A stretch of DNA of 64,000 nucleotides from the human T2T-CHM13v2.0 reference genome, Homo sapiens (GCF_009914755.1 NC_060937.1), one strand, 5' to 3'. Shown: positions 27,881 through 41,415, counted from the first letter of the stretch. Notes: generated by a model not told the origin, from the letters alone. A program made the numbers and translations.

Positions 27881-28379
27881 TGAAACCAACCTAATTGTCC
27901 CATACAACTGATATTTAATGGTTTCTTTTCAATAAACATAGAAGATAATACTCCCAGTCTTAAAACTTAAGAAAGTTGTATTTGTCTTATCTGAGTTCCT
28001 TTCTTAGGAAATCAACCATCAGGCCATCCAGATAGTATAAAGAAACTGAAACTTATCATATTGCCACATCTGGACAATGAGACACCAGACCCCTCACCTG
28101 TCATGATTGCCTAAGTGACCACCTGCTCTTCCTGTTTACCAACTCTTCTTCCTTACCTCTCCCTAATTCCTGTTTTCCTCCATGTCATTACATATCTTCC
28201 CTGCTATTTAAACCCTAATTTTAGTCAGTCAGGGAGATGCTTTTGAGACTGATCTCCCATCTCCTTCGCTGCAGCACACACAATGAAAGCCTTCTTCCCT
28301 GGCAATACTCGTCTCAGTGACTGGCTTTCTCTTTGGTGAGCAGCAGGACCTAGACAGAACCCCTGGTGTTTTCGTAACA
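27881..28379 (+). mobile_element. ERV1 (MER4-group) solo LTR
   Basis: TGAAACC...GTAACA termini, TATA-like TATTTAAA, homologous to 35252-35668; exact family uncertain. Confidence 0.75.
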
Positions 28380-29167
28380 GTAAGATGGCTGTGAGGTCTA
28401 TTTAAGAATATATGCCATAAATAGCTTATCAGGTATTCCCCTGTCTGTAAGCAACAGCAAGAACCACCAGACCCAAAGACGCCTTTGGGACAGAGTTATC
28501 TCAGTAGCAATTGGGCACACTGATGGCAGAGCACCAGGCCAGAGGATGGACAAGTCAGAGGATGCTGGTAAAAATGAGTGATATAGGAGTGGATGAGCCA
28601 CCTACTTGCTGTGGCAGTATGCAAAATCCAAGAAGAAAATGAAATGGAGTTGTGTGGTGGAACAGGGGCCTCAAAGATAAATTGTTGTCCTTTAAAAACC
28701 TCTGGAGATATAAACCCTCATGTTATATCCTTTTGACAGAAGTAAAAGTTAAAATTAATCATGAAGTGTAGTTTGGCAAGTACATATAGTCATGTACGAT
28801 TATGTCAGAATAATCATACATATGGGAGTCAGAATTCTATAGAGTATTAAAATGAATCCCCACTTAGAACACGTTCTCATTCTGTTCAGAGTATTCTCTT
28901 GCTTTAAAAGAAAACAGAGAAACAGACTGGTAAGAGATAATTCCATTTGCAAGAGGCAAAGTCTAATCTATTTGCATGAAAAGTGTAGAAGACTTTACTT
29001 TATTCATCACTTCATTAATCTAATTTCAAAAGGGAAGGCCCAGACTGAAAACAGGGGTTATTCACATTTTGAACAAACTTCTCAGGCATGAGTGAGCAGA
29101 GCATTCAACTGTTAGACTTTGTTGCTTCTTTACCAGCTGGAGATAAGCACAATGAGGGTCACGCTAT

Positions 29168-30538
29168 TGTGTCCGGAATTGGTGGGTTCTTGGTCTCACT
29201 GACTTCAAGAATGAAGCCGCGGACCCTCGCGGTGAGTGTTACAGCTCTTAAGGTGGCGCGTCTGGAGTTGTGCGTTCCTCCCGGTGGGCTCGTGGTCTTG
29301 CTGGGCTCAGGAGTGAAGCTGCAGATCTTCGCGGTGAGTGTTACAGCTCATAAAAGCAGCGTGGACGCAAAGAGTGAGCACTTGCAAGATTTATTGCAAA
29401 GAGCGAAAGAACAAACCTTCCACAGTGTGGAAGGGGACCCGAGCGGGTTGCCAATGCTGGCTCGGGCAGCCTGCTTTTATTCTCTTATCTGGCCCCACCC
29501 ACATCTTGCTGACTGGTAGAGCCCAGTGGCCTGTTTTGACAGGGCGCTGATTGGTGCGTTTACAATCCCTGAGCTAGATACAAAGGTTCTCCACGTCCCC
29601 ATCAGATTAGATACAGAGTTTTGACACACAGGTTCTCCAAGGCCCCACCAGAGCAGCTAGATACAGAGTGTCAATTGGTGCACTCACAAACCTTGAGCTA
29701 AACACAGGGTGCTGATTGGTGTATTTACAATCCCTGAGCTAGACATAAAGGTTCTCCAAGGCCCCACCAGAGCAGCTAGATACAGAGTGTCGATTGGTGC
29801 ACTCACAAACCTTGAGCTAAACACAGGGTGCTGATTGGTGTGTTTACAATCCCTGAGCTAGATATAAAGACTCTCCACGTCCCCACCAGACTCAGGAGCC
29901 CAGCTGGCTTCACCTAGTGGATCCCGCACCAGGGCTACAGGTGGAGCTGCCTGCCAGTCCCGCGCCGCGCGCTCGCATTCCTCAGCCCTTGGGTGGTCGA
30001 TGGGACTGGGCGCCGTGGAGCAGGGGGTGGTGCTGGCTGGGGAGGCTTCGGTCGCACAGGAGCCCATGGAGTGGGTGGGAGGCTCAGGCATGGCGGGCTG
30101 CAGGTCCCGAGCCCTGCCTGGCGGGAAGGCAGCTAAGGCTCGTTAGAAATCGAGAGCAGCGCCAGTGGGCTGGCACTGCTGGGGGACCCAGTACACCCTC
30201 CGCAGCCACTGGCCCGGGTGCTAAGTCCCTCATTGCCCTGGCCAGCAGGGCTGGCTGGTTGCTCCGAGTGCGGGGCCCGCCAAGTCCATGCCCACCCGGA
30301 ACTCCAGCTGGCCCGCAAGAGCCGCACGCAGCCCCAGTTCCCGCTCGCGCCTCTCCCTCCACACCTCCCTGCAAGCTGAGGGAGTGGGCTCCAGCCTTGG
30401 CCAGCCCAGAAAGGGGCTCCCACAGTGCAGCGGCGGGCCGAAGGGCTCCTCAAGTGCCGCCAAAGTGGGAGCCCAGGCAGAGGAGGCGCCAAGAGCGAGC
30501 AAGGGCTGTGAAGACTGCCAGCACGCTGTCACCTCTCA
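29168..30538 (-). mobile_element. LTR12C (ERV9) solo LTR
   Basis: TGTGTCC...CCTCTCA termini; TSD CTAT on both sides; CpG-rich U3; tandem enhancer repeats 29545-29880 with five ATTGG. Confidence 0.96.
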
Positions 30539-32237
30539 CTATCTAATCTTAAATATGGATAGATGTATGTATATAATTAGGGTTGGAGAAGAAATTATTT
30601 TGAAAAATGTTAAATAATAGGTCTTTTATGTACAGGTGTACAAGTGGGGATAACATGTTCCACGGTATCTATTTCCATCTTGTGTTAGTCTACAGAATGA
30701 TTGACTGAATGAAAATTTCCATAGTAAACAATGAGAAATAGCTAGAATTGTATATATCAAACACTATTCTGCAACATGACAGAGGGATTTGGAAGGACTG
30801 GGGATACTTCCACCCCAGGAATTTCCAGGACATCTGGTAAGTCAACAACATTATCACAAACATTATGGCCAACAATGTGAGTTTTTGCAACAATGTATTC
30901 ATTTTCCAAATGTTCCAGCTGAGAAAGCCACACAGAACATTCCCACCATCTAGCAGATGGCTAATGGGGAAGCCAATATTTTCTGTGGAAACCAAAGTTT
31001 CTTCTTCTAATGTTAGATATTTTCAGCAGAGAGAACAAATAAGCATTTTTTAAAATTTCATTTTCCTACTCTCAGAAAGAAAATGTATTGTATACTATTA
31101 ATTTTAAAGAGTATGTAAGAAAAATGTTTTTTTTCCCCTTAAGATTGTATGAAGAGATTGCTAGACCCAGAAATGTTTGGTGGTGGTGAGAATGGCTGCT
31201 ACTTTCCTATGTGGTGTGAGATGGAGTGGTTGAGGAAAATTTTGAATCTGTATTTATTATTATTATTATTTTCATTGCTTTGTGGGGGAAAATTTAAGTA
31301 TATTATTGGAAATGAGTTTGCTCTTAGCTATGTCTAGATTTACAACTAACTTGTAGGATGTAGAGGTATGAATGGGACTTGATTTTCATAGAAAATGAAA
31401 CAAAACCTGAACAAGGCTCAATTACCACACATTTATTTTAGAAAGAGTAGGAGGGGATGGCAAGCAAAAGATAAAACGTTGTTTGAGTAGCATTGAGTTA
31501 ACACCTCTAGTTTCACAGGCTACACTTTCCTGTGCCAGGAAAATGGTCAATTCACCTTAAAATATTTTACCTTCACTTGTCACTATCAAGCATTTAAGTA
31601 AATATTTAGAAAAATATGCCTATATAAAATACTTCTAAAGGTGTGCATTTTTTATAAATGAACGTTTCTATTTGTTTTTTGTTTCAATTTGTTATTTAAG
31701 AAGTTTAGAGGACCATGTTGAAGTGGGAGTTTCTCCCACTTTTCCAGTAATAACTGCAAATGAGTGTTTTAATGTCCCTGCAATCTGACTAAAATCCTTT
31801 TAAAAAATTAATTGCGATACTGCCATGCAAAGATATTGGCGTGTAAAATTGCACTTATTTTTGTAACAAGCTATTTCACTCTTAAAATTAATATTAATTA
31901 AAGTTACTCTGTACCTACTATGTACAAGACAATATGCTAAGCTCTGCTGGAGACGCAAGAAATTTACACTGAAGTTTAATGGTGCAAAGACATAGTTAAT
32001 TTCAGTAAGTTATTAATCATATCTGCCTTCCTCCTTTAAGAAACTAGGTATCTTAGCTGAAACGTCCATTTGGTGGTTGCTTGGAGTCTGGCTTTCTGAA
32101 GCCTGTGCAAACTGGAGTCAAATGTGTTATTCAGGGATGGCTAATAGGTTCTCTTCATGAGATGAAGATATGCTCTTCTTGGAGTAGAGTAAGGTTGAAA
32201 ATCAAGAGAATCAAAAACTTGTAAACAGCTCCTTAGG

Positions 32238-32733
32238 GTGGTATATGAATAATTTCCCCTCATTCTCCAAAGATTCCCATGTCCTAATCCCCAGAATTTG
32301 TGATTATATTATTTTTTATGGCAAAAGGACTTTTGCTGATGTTAGTAAATTAAGGATCTTGAGATAGGAAGATTATTCTGGATTATTGAGTGAGCTCAAT
32401 ATAATCACAAGGGTTCTTATAAGAAGAAAACAGGAGGAACTGAATCAGAAAAGGTATGACTATACAAGCAGAGATTTGAGTGATATGTTTTGAGGATGGA
32501 GGACGGGGCTGTAAACCAAGGAATGCAGGTAGCTTGGTAGATAAAGCAAGGAAACTAATCCTCCCCTAGAGGCTCCAGAAGGGAACACAGCCCTGGCAGC
32601 ACCTTGACAAATACACTTTTATCCAGTGTGGCTGGTCAGATTTCTAACCTACAGAAATATAAGATAATAAGCTTGTGTTGTGATAAGCCCCTGTTTGGGT
32701 AATTTATTTACTGCAGCAATAGAAAGCTAGTAC
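32238..32733 (+). mobile_element. MLT1D-like MaLR solo LTR
   Basis: CATGTCCTAATCCCCAGAA...TTAAGGATCTTGAGAT...GCAGCAATAGAAAGCTAGTACA. Confidence 0.8.
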
Positions 32734-33665
32734 AATAATAAATCCATAAATAAGTACTGTAAGATCTTCCAGAAGGAAAATGTAAACTTAAGTATATAAA
32801 AGCTGTGGAATAGCAATAATTATTCTTTCCCAACTCCGGCAGGTCTATGTGGTCTATCTGCATAGACCAGCAACAGCTTTACTCAAGAGGAACAAGGAAC
32901 AAGAGGAAAAATGTGGAAAGATGCTTCTCCTGCTCTCTGCAGCCACCTAAGTTTTGCTCAGATCTATATCCCTTTTCTAAATAAATTGGGAAACTACAAG
33001 AGATAAGCACATATAATCTCCTCTTGCCAACTTGTAGACAGACTTCCAAAGATAAAAAAAAAATCCTAGAAAAGTCTCCATTGAATATTACTGGAGTACT
33101 AACTTCTGATTTTAATATGACTTGTTTCCATAGCAAACACACCATTCTGGAGGAGTAGGGATGACAATGACTTGGCAGATAATTCCTGAAGTTCCATGAA
33201 TTCCTTTGCCATCTATTATATTTGTTTCTTTACAAAAACTCAGTAAGTTTCTACTTGATGTTGAATATCTTAGCGGAAAGATATCAGAGAGAACAGAAAC
33301 TGGGAAAAATAAACAAAAACAAAAGCATTTAACGTGTAAAAGGGAAGAATCATCACAGGGATGACAGCCACCTGGTGCGCTGAATATTTTCCATTACTTC
33401 TGCACATTCCTGTACAATAAGCAGAAGCAAGAGCAGCAGTCCTCCATCTGGGTCCTGTTTGTACCAAGACTGAATGTGGGTCCCACTTTTGATTCACCTT
33501 TATTCTGTAGGACAAGATGTCAATAGATTGTATTTCTCTTCAGTCTAAGCCTCCTGAATGCCGGAGCCTGAAGTCACCTCCGAGTGACTCTAAAGAAACC
33601 CACCATCTTTCCCTGGATTCCTCCATAGGAGCTTGGTCATCTGGATTATAGTCCTTATCAAATTG

Positions 33666-33966
33666 TATTTTATTTTATTTTATTTTTGAGACGGAGTCTC
33701 GCTCTGTCACTCAGGCTGGAGTGCAGTAGCACGATCTCGGCTCACTACAACCTCAACCTCCCAGGTGCAAGCAATTCTCTGCCTCAGCCTCTTGAGTAGC
33801 TGAAATTACAGGTGCCCACCACCATACCCAGCTAATTTTTGTATTTTTAGTAGAGATGGGGTTCCACCATCTCGGCCAGGCTGGTCTTGAACTCCTGACC
33901 TTGTGATCCACCCGCCTTGGCCTCCCAAGGTGCTGGGATTATAGGCGTGAGCCACCGCACCTGGCC
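33666..33966 (-). mobile_element. Alu (AluSg/Sc-like)
   Basis: Full Alu; TSD TGTATTTTA. Confidence 0.94.
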
Positions 33967-34474
33967 TGTATTTTAATTTTTTATCTGCCCCCTTCCCCAA
34001 TAGGTTGTGAACTCCTTGGGGTAAGGCATGGCATCTCATTCGTCTTTGGATTTCTGGTACCTAGGGCAATGACTTCACTCACTGAGCACTTCATACATAC
34101 TGATTTCAGTTGTTGAAGGAGGAAATCATTTTCTCTTCTGGAATTATTCAACATTTTTGTAATCCTTTCCTCCCACTAAGACTTGAATCCTCAAACATTA
34201 CTGGACCCTATTCTTTACTTTTCCATCCACTCAAATATTCATTAAGTCTGGTTCATGCATTCTTCACAGTCATACCTCCCTTTGCATTGCTAAGAAACTC
34301 TGCATATTATCCCCTTGGCTATATTGATTGTTTCCAAGTATAACTGTATGGACTTGCCACAGGATGGCTGCACCATAATTACCCAAGGAGTTTATTACAA
34401 AACAGGCCCCAACCCCATAGTTTCTGATTGAATAGGTATCACATTGGATTCTTTATTTTTAACAGTTTACCAGG

Positions 34475-34934
34475 TGTTATAGGATGAATTGTATCTCTCC
34501 AGATTCATATGATGATGTCCTAACCCCTAGTACCTTATAATGTGAACTCATCTGGAAATAGGGTCATTATAGATGTAATTGGGTAGATTTAGATGAGTTC
34601 ATGCTAGAGTAGGATAGGTCCTTAGTCCAATATGTTTGGTGTTCTTATAAAAAGTGGATATTTGGACACATACATGCGCATAGGGAGAATACTATGTGAA
34701 GGCAGAGATCAAGATGATGCTTCTATAAGGCAAGGAATGCCAAAAATTGCCAGAGATCAACAGAAGCTATGGGAGGGGCATGTAAGAAATTCTTCTTCAC
34801 AGCCCTCAGAAAGAACTAGCCCTGCCAACAACTTGGCCTTGCATATCTAATCTCTAGAACTGTGAGACAGTAAGTTGTGTTAAGACATCTAGTTTGTCTC
34901 ACTGTGATACAATAGCCCTAGAAAACTAGTATAC
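34475..34934 (+). mobile_element. MLT1B/C-like MaLR solo LTR inside a MER5-like fossil
   Basis: TGTTATAGGATGAATTGT...AGCCCTAGAAAACTAGTATA; CCAGG on both flanks. Confidence 0.8.
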
Positions 34935-35251
34935 CAGGTGATCCTGATACATTGACATGATTTTTGACCTGGACTCTTACCACTCCTTTACGTTAAAACC
35001 TTCAATATCTCAAAGGGCCATTATGAGGACTAAATGAATTAATATTTATAAAATGCCTAAAACAGGCTTGGCCCATAGTAAATGCTATCTACACATTAAA
35101 TTTTTCAAAATCCTTACTGTGGAAAGAAGCAACATTGGTGTGTGTGTATATCATGATATGATTTTAGATGGTATAGACATAAAAATAAATTATTAACAAT
35201 AGTATAATTGACACATCAATCTCACAGTTTTTCAAATTTAGTTTGAAGTTA

Positions 35252-35668
35252 TGTTACCAAAACACCAGGGATTCAGTCTAGATCTGTCTGCTCACTGCAC
35301 AGAAAGCCAATCACCAAAACTGCAAGTATTACCAGGGAAGAAGGCTTTAGTTGGGTGCTGCAGTTGAGAGGATGGGAGCTCAGTCTCAGATTCATCTCCC
35401 TGACTGACTAAAACTAGGGGTTTAGATAGCAGGGAAGAAATGTAACAAAATGTAAGACATCAAGAACTAGGGAGGGAAAAGGAGACATCTGGTGCCCTGA
35501 TCTAGTGAGCTTCAGTTCTTTGATACTTTTTTTGAGAGGCTTGAAGGTCCTTTCCTGAAGAAGGAACTCAAGATAAAACAAATACAGGTTTCAAGCTTTA
35601 ACAGCAGAAGGGCCAATTTCTATGTTGATCTAAAAGAACAGTCTATGAGAGTAGTGGGCCGGTTTCAG
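35252..35668 (-). mobile_element. ERV1 (MER4-group) solo LTR
   Basis: TGTTACC...GGTTTCA termini; flanks GTTA/GTTC; reverse complement aligns with 27881-28379. Confidence 0.75.
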
Positions 35669-35959
35669 TTCCACCATGGTTTGGTAATAATCCACTTTAG
35701 AATACATTGCATCTTAGAGGCCTCTCTGCATGCTCATGAATCTTCAAACTTTAAGTCACTGGAGCATCTGTGATATATTGCTGGGACATAGGCAGATTTC
35801 TGGGATGGAGTGTTGTCAACCAACTCTCCTTAGGTATATCAGTGCCTTTTCAGCAGTAACATGGCACATTCTTTGGTTTATGGATAGACAACATAGTGAA
35901 GATATGATTCCAATAAATGCAATTTAGGATAAAAAAATCCCACAAAATTAATATGAACA

Positions 35960-36180
35960 AATAACCTACCAGGCACTCTACTGGATGATTTACCTATATT
36001 ATTTAATTTAATTCTCATGAAAACCCATGGAGGTAGTGGTATATTATCCCCATTTTCAGGGATAACTGTTTTTCAGGGGAAAACTGAGGCTCAGATGAAT
36101 TAAGTAGTAAGCTATAGAACACAGAACTTATAAGTGGCAAAACTGACATTTAGGCCCAGGCAGTCTGACACCAATGCCTG
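35960..36180 (-). mobile_element. MIR
   Basis: TATTATCCCCATTTT...AAACTGAGGCTCAGA...CCCAGGCAGTCTGAC. Confidence 0.75.
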
Positions 36181-36924
36181 TCCTTCTTATTTTGTTTTAG
36201 TGCCTTTAAAAAAATTATATGACTTCTTCTGAAAGATAGCATACACATAAAAAAGCATACATACACACACACACACACATAATTTAAAGAATACTTGTAA
36301 GACAGACACGTGTATAAGCACTAATCCAATCAACAAAAACAGGGTTGCCAGTGCTCTAGAAACTTCCTGTGCAGCCTGCTATGATTAAGTTCCCTTGTGA
36401 CATCAGAAGAAGGCAACACTTACACTTTTTGATAATTATGGGGACCATTTTCTTCATCATCTGTCATTTCATTATCTATGTTCATAACCCTCAACAATGC
36501 TATCATTTTTTGTGACCTAACATTCAGTGCCTTCTGTGCTATAGGCTCTGATCTTTTTTCCCATTATTTTGCTACTTGAACCCTCTTCTACAACTTCTGG
36601 TTGATTTATGTGATCCCCAACATGCTGTATGTATTGCTTCTTCCTTCCCATTTATTCCAGTAAATCCCTTTGTCCAAGCCTTCTCTCCCCACATTTACCC
36701 TTTCTTTACAGGTTGCTTTTCTGGTGGGTTTGTCCCATAAGGTTTCCTTCTCCCCTGAACTGCTCTAGTCCTTGTATCTATTCCATCTATTTTATACTTT
36801 TCTCACATCATGGTTTAATGCTATTCTTTAATACATAAAAGTGTTAAGGTATTTGCTACTATTATCAATATTTCATTTATTATTAATTTATGCATTTGAC
36901 AAACATCTATTAAACACACAGTGT

Positions 36925-37225
36925 GGCTGGGTGCAGTGGCTTATGCCTGTAATCCCAGCTCTTGGGGAGTTTGAGGTGGGAAGATTGCTTGAGCTCAGGA
37001 GTTTGAGACTAGCCTGGCCAACACAGCAAGACCCCATCTCTAAAAAAATTTTTTTAAATTAGCTAGGTATGGTGGTGTGTGCGTGTAGTTCCAGCTACTT
37101 GGAAGGCTAAGGCAGGAGGATTGCTTGAGCCAGAAGTTTGAGGCTGCATTGAGCTATAATCATGCCACTGTACTCCAGCCTGGGTGACAGTGAGACCCTG
37201 TCTCAAAAACAAACAAAAACCACAC
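36925..37225 (+). mobile_element. AluJ inside an L2 remnant (~36880-37680, - strand)
   Basis: J-type GATTGCTTGAGCTCAGGAG and GAGGCTGCA; TSD ACACAGTGT. Confidence 0.92.
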
Positions 37226-38292
37226 AAACACAGTGTGGCAGATATAGGTTCTACATATATAGCAGACAATAGTACATGCAAAGTCTCTGCCCTCATGGAG
37301 CTTGCATTCTGGAGCAAAGAGACAAATAATAAACTAATAACAGATAAGTAAATAAGATCATTTCAGACTATGATAAACACTATGAAGGAAATGAAACAGA
37401 GGTGGGGGGTGGTGAGAAAAGAGGACACTGTGTGAGCTTAGGTCTTTTCTTCCATCTGAAGTAATAAACTTTCAGTCAGGGAGAACAGCAAGTGCAAAGG
37501 CTCTGGGGCAGAAACAAGCTTGGCATGGAGTGGATGAAGAGAGAGCAGGAGAACAAGAGGTTGGAGAAGTGGTGTTGAATAATCACGTGGGGGTTGTATA
37601 GGCCCTGATAATGAACTTAGTTGCTTTTTTAGGTGTAATAGGATGCCACTGTAAAGTTTAAGGAATGGAAGGTACATACTTTCACTTGCTTATGAGCTCT
37701 TACCTTATATTGTCTTCTAACTTTTAATGTACACATCTTTTGCCTAAACTAGAGCGTTCAATTTTTGTAGTTGCTTCAAATATTTACTGTTGGTGCTGCT
37801 AATATTTTTGTAAAACCTGTGTGGCTGCCCTTTCAAGACTGTAATTACACTAACACTTTATTTCAGTTTTTAGCAATGTCAAACTTTCCAAGAGTACTGA
37901 CTCGACTCAGAAAGGCATCGATTCAGTAAAGTTTCAATTGGACAACTAAAGTACATTTATGTGGTTATTACACTGTCAACAAACATGACCTGCCTTGCGA
38001 GCAACTCGAGAAGTGCCAAAACACTTGTTAGTTGTTCAAAATCTAGAGTGTGCCTTCTTTAGGATTAGGGGTAACTTGATGAGACTTGAATTCCAGCTGA
38101 CCTTTGGTGTACTTCTCAAAGCAAGACATGCAGCACTAGGAATAGGAACTGAGGTTTCTGATAAAAACTGACAGACGTAGCCATTGCCTTTTCAGTTAAA
38201 TTTTCTAGGGACTTTGTGCATTTCATCTCCATATAGTATGAACTTCTGAGGATTTTAAACAAGGAAAGCAACTGTTGAGAACTGAAAATGAG

Positions 38293-38384
38293 CCCTAACC
38301 AAATGTATCAACGTACAGAACTGAGATATGAATTTATAAGGTGGGAGGAGATCCGTTAATAATAAAGAGATCTCTTTTTTGACA
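38293..38384 (+). repeat. Copy A of a dispersed ~95-bp direct duplication
   Basis: 38319-38368 is identical to 39975-40024 (50/50). Confidence 0.92.
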
Positions 38385-39946
38385 GCTTGAGAGCATGCAT
38401 CTGGCACTGAACATTCCATGTGGTTGGTATTTAGATTGTTCTTTATTATCTAAATAAGCAGCAATGTGCTTTGGAGGCTGAAAGAAAGGTCTGTAATTCT
38501 GTGAAACAAAGCAGGCCTGGAGCAAGGCATATGGCTGTTGCCCTCAGGCAGGGGTTTTCAGTTCCTAAAGTGGGAGCGGGTCCTGCTGCTAGCAAGTTGG
38601 GATTAGTTATTAGAGAGCATTCCCAAGGTGCCACTGACTCCAAGGAAAGCACTGAAGCTGTGATCACACTCCATTACTCCTCTACTTACTAATGAGCCAG
38701 ATTTCCAAAAGGGAGTGCTCCCTTTAAGTATGCAATTTTATACTCACCAAATGACCTGCAATTGTACTTACAGATGGATTGTACTTAAATGGCTCAACTG
38801 GTCCAAGTAGCCAGTCATTTGACCCTCATGCTAGAGAAGTTAATGACTCATTGCTCCAAGAATAGTGTGAAAAACCTAGGTCAGAAGATGTTTTAAAATG
38901 TTTTTATTAGACATGTTCCCCCAGAGATGGAGTTTAGAAGGAAACAGTAGAGTTCCAGTGGCCTGGCACCTACTCTTCAATTTTAAAATCAACAGACATT
39001 TTACAGGCCCTGTGCTAGTTGCTAAGGATAGAGAGTAGTGAGCAAAACAGAAAGGGGTGCTGTCTTCATGGAGCAGACATTCTATGAGAGACAGAAACAC
39101 ACACGCACTTGTGCACAGTAAGGCTATACAGAAATAGATGGATGGAAAAGATGCATTTAAGGCCCAGGGAGGAACCCAGTAAGAGGCTGAGATTATACAA
39201 CAAGAAAATCATCAAACAACAAACACAGTGTTTTACTTAATTTAGGTAATAAGAAAAGGTCTCTGAGAAGGTGAACTTTTTGTTGACACCTAAAATAAAA
39301 GGAGTTGGTTATGAAAATATTGGCCTCAGGGAAGGTGGGAGCCTTCCAAGCAATGGGCACAATAACCTGACAGTGGAGAAAACCTGGATATATTGGAAGA
39401 ACTGAAAATGTACTCGAGTGTGCGGACTGTGTACGGGCAGAAGGAAAGAGTGATGTGTAATGGACAGAAGATCTGAGCAGGCAGGGCATTCCTAGTCATG
39501 GGAAGACATTTGGATTTATTCTAAGTGCAATGTTAAGCTACTGAAAGTTTCTAAGCTGGGGGAGATAGGATCAGACTAGTGTTTTGGACGGCATGACCAT
39601 TTTCTTTGCCTTTCTAAATATGCTTGGCATATTGATATAACTTGGAGTTCTTCAGAAAACCGATACTGTTGTAAGTTCACAGATTTAAATTTTTCTTCCT
39701 CTTATACAATTCATTCTAATATTTACTGTGTCTAATGTTTGCTATGTAGTATCTTTGGACACATGGAGAAGATAAAAATCTACTGTTTAAGGGGAAAGGC
39801 ACAACACAAAAATAAAAAATCTTCATACATATGACCCATGTGTCCCCAACCTGAAGTTCAGAGACTAGGAGTTCAAAGAGAAGCAAGTCTTTGAACCCAG
39901 AGGTTATGAAAATTTCTTTGAGCAACGATCAGGAAGTGAAAAGGAA

Positions 39947-40042
39947 CCCTAACCAAATGTATCAACTTATAGACAACTGAGATATGAATTTATAAGGTGG
40001 GAGGAGATCCGTTAATAATAAAGATATCTTTTTTTTTGGACA
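39947..40042 (+). repeat. Copy B of the dispersed ~95-bp direct duplication
   Basis: Matches copy A; both copies give the same peptide end DxFIINGSPPTL in the ORF track. Confidence 0.92.
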
Positions 40043-40079
40043 ACAAAAAAACTCCTTGAGGAGGTTGCTCTGTCTGGCA

Positions 40080-40360
40080 GGGAGGCCAGATGGGAAGACT
40101 GCTTAAGCTCAGGAGTTGGAGACCAGCTTGGGCAACATGGGGAAACCCCATCTCTACAAAATTTTTTTTAAAAAATAGCCTGTCATGGTGGCATGCCCCT
40201 GTGGTCCCAGCTACACAGGAGGCTGAGGTGGGAGGATTATGTGAATCCAGGAGGTCAAGGCTGCAGTGAGCCATAATTGCACCACTGCACTCCAGCTGGG
40301 AGAAAGAGCGAGACCCTGTCTAAAAATAAATAAATAAATAAAAAAGAAAGAAAATGAAAT
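40080..40360 (+). mobile_element. 5'-truncated AluJ
   Basis: Begins at GGGAGGCC (first ~40 nt missing); J-type right arm; (AAAT)n tail. Confidence 0.9.
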
Positions 40361-41415
40361 AATATCACAGAAATGATGTCATTATGTGTAGTAGGAAGAT
40401 ACATGGGAATCCAAACTCCCCACATTAAAAATGTTGAGTCATATAGCATTACAGAGTTAAACTATTAGCAGATTTAAAAAAGGAATCTAGGAGAACACAG
40501 GTCTTACCCAAGGGGATTTTTGGTGTTATTTCTGATTACTTAAAAATCTGCTTCCATTACGTCAACTAGAAACCCACTTTCCAAAAAGCTAATAGCTGGG
40601 ATTCTTGCTATCATCGAATAAAACATAGGTGCTTAGAGCATAAAGACTTATTTTCACTTTTATTCTTATCTTGGTAAAACAGTCTGCTGATGGTGTCACC
40701 CTTTGTCTGGTGGAGGTTTAGTGCTGCTGTTGTCGGTATTAAAGCCAGAAAGAGAGAGGGGCGCTGGGAGATACTTTAACTGCCACAGGCATAAGCCATT
40801 ATCTTCACTCTGTGAAAAATTGCCTGATTTCTTCTCTTGATAAAACTAGACATGGGTTTAAAAACATCACTTAGAAACATAAACCTCAAATACCTAAGTC
40901 CTTACTTCTCTTCCTTTATCATTCGCCAGTGCCTTTGAGAATTGGAGGGGAGTAAGGTAACTACTTGTAATGAAATGCACTTAAAGAGGGTAAAATGTTA
41001 GATTTCACTTTTGAGGCACAGTTGATAGAAGCATTATCCCTGGAGGGCTTATTCAATCAAGAGTCTGAGATGCTGAAGCAAGCAGAGATTAAGAGATGCG
41101 AAAAGGGTTTCATCAAGGCACATGCTGCGGCGAGAACTTCTGTTGGCTTACCTTTGCTCCGGCTCCCTTAGAGCATGTGCTTCTGTGGGGATCACGCTCA
41201 TTTTCTCTGGTGAAGTTATGCTTCCTCACATGCCCTTAAAGTTCAGTCTGGACACCTCAGCAAAGCCTGCAGGTTCCCTGCCCTCAGCCACAGCCCACTT
41301 TGTCTTTCCCACCTCACTTCCATCACATATACCCTATGTCGTACCCATCCCAAACTTTCCATCATTCTGCAAATTTTCTTGAACTTCTTGTCCCTTTCTA
41401 TGTCTTTGTTCCTGA

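Noticed and set aside
29545-29880. Spaced repeats superficially like a CRISPR array (also 17700-18010)
   Set aside because: The intervening units are themselves repeated; these are the known ERV9 U3 enhancer repeats in eukaryotic DNA.
29088-30617. Overlapping long ORFs up to 209 aa (also 17085-17664)
   Set aside because: They arise from GC-rich LTR12 sequence that has few stop codons; no recognisable protein.
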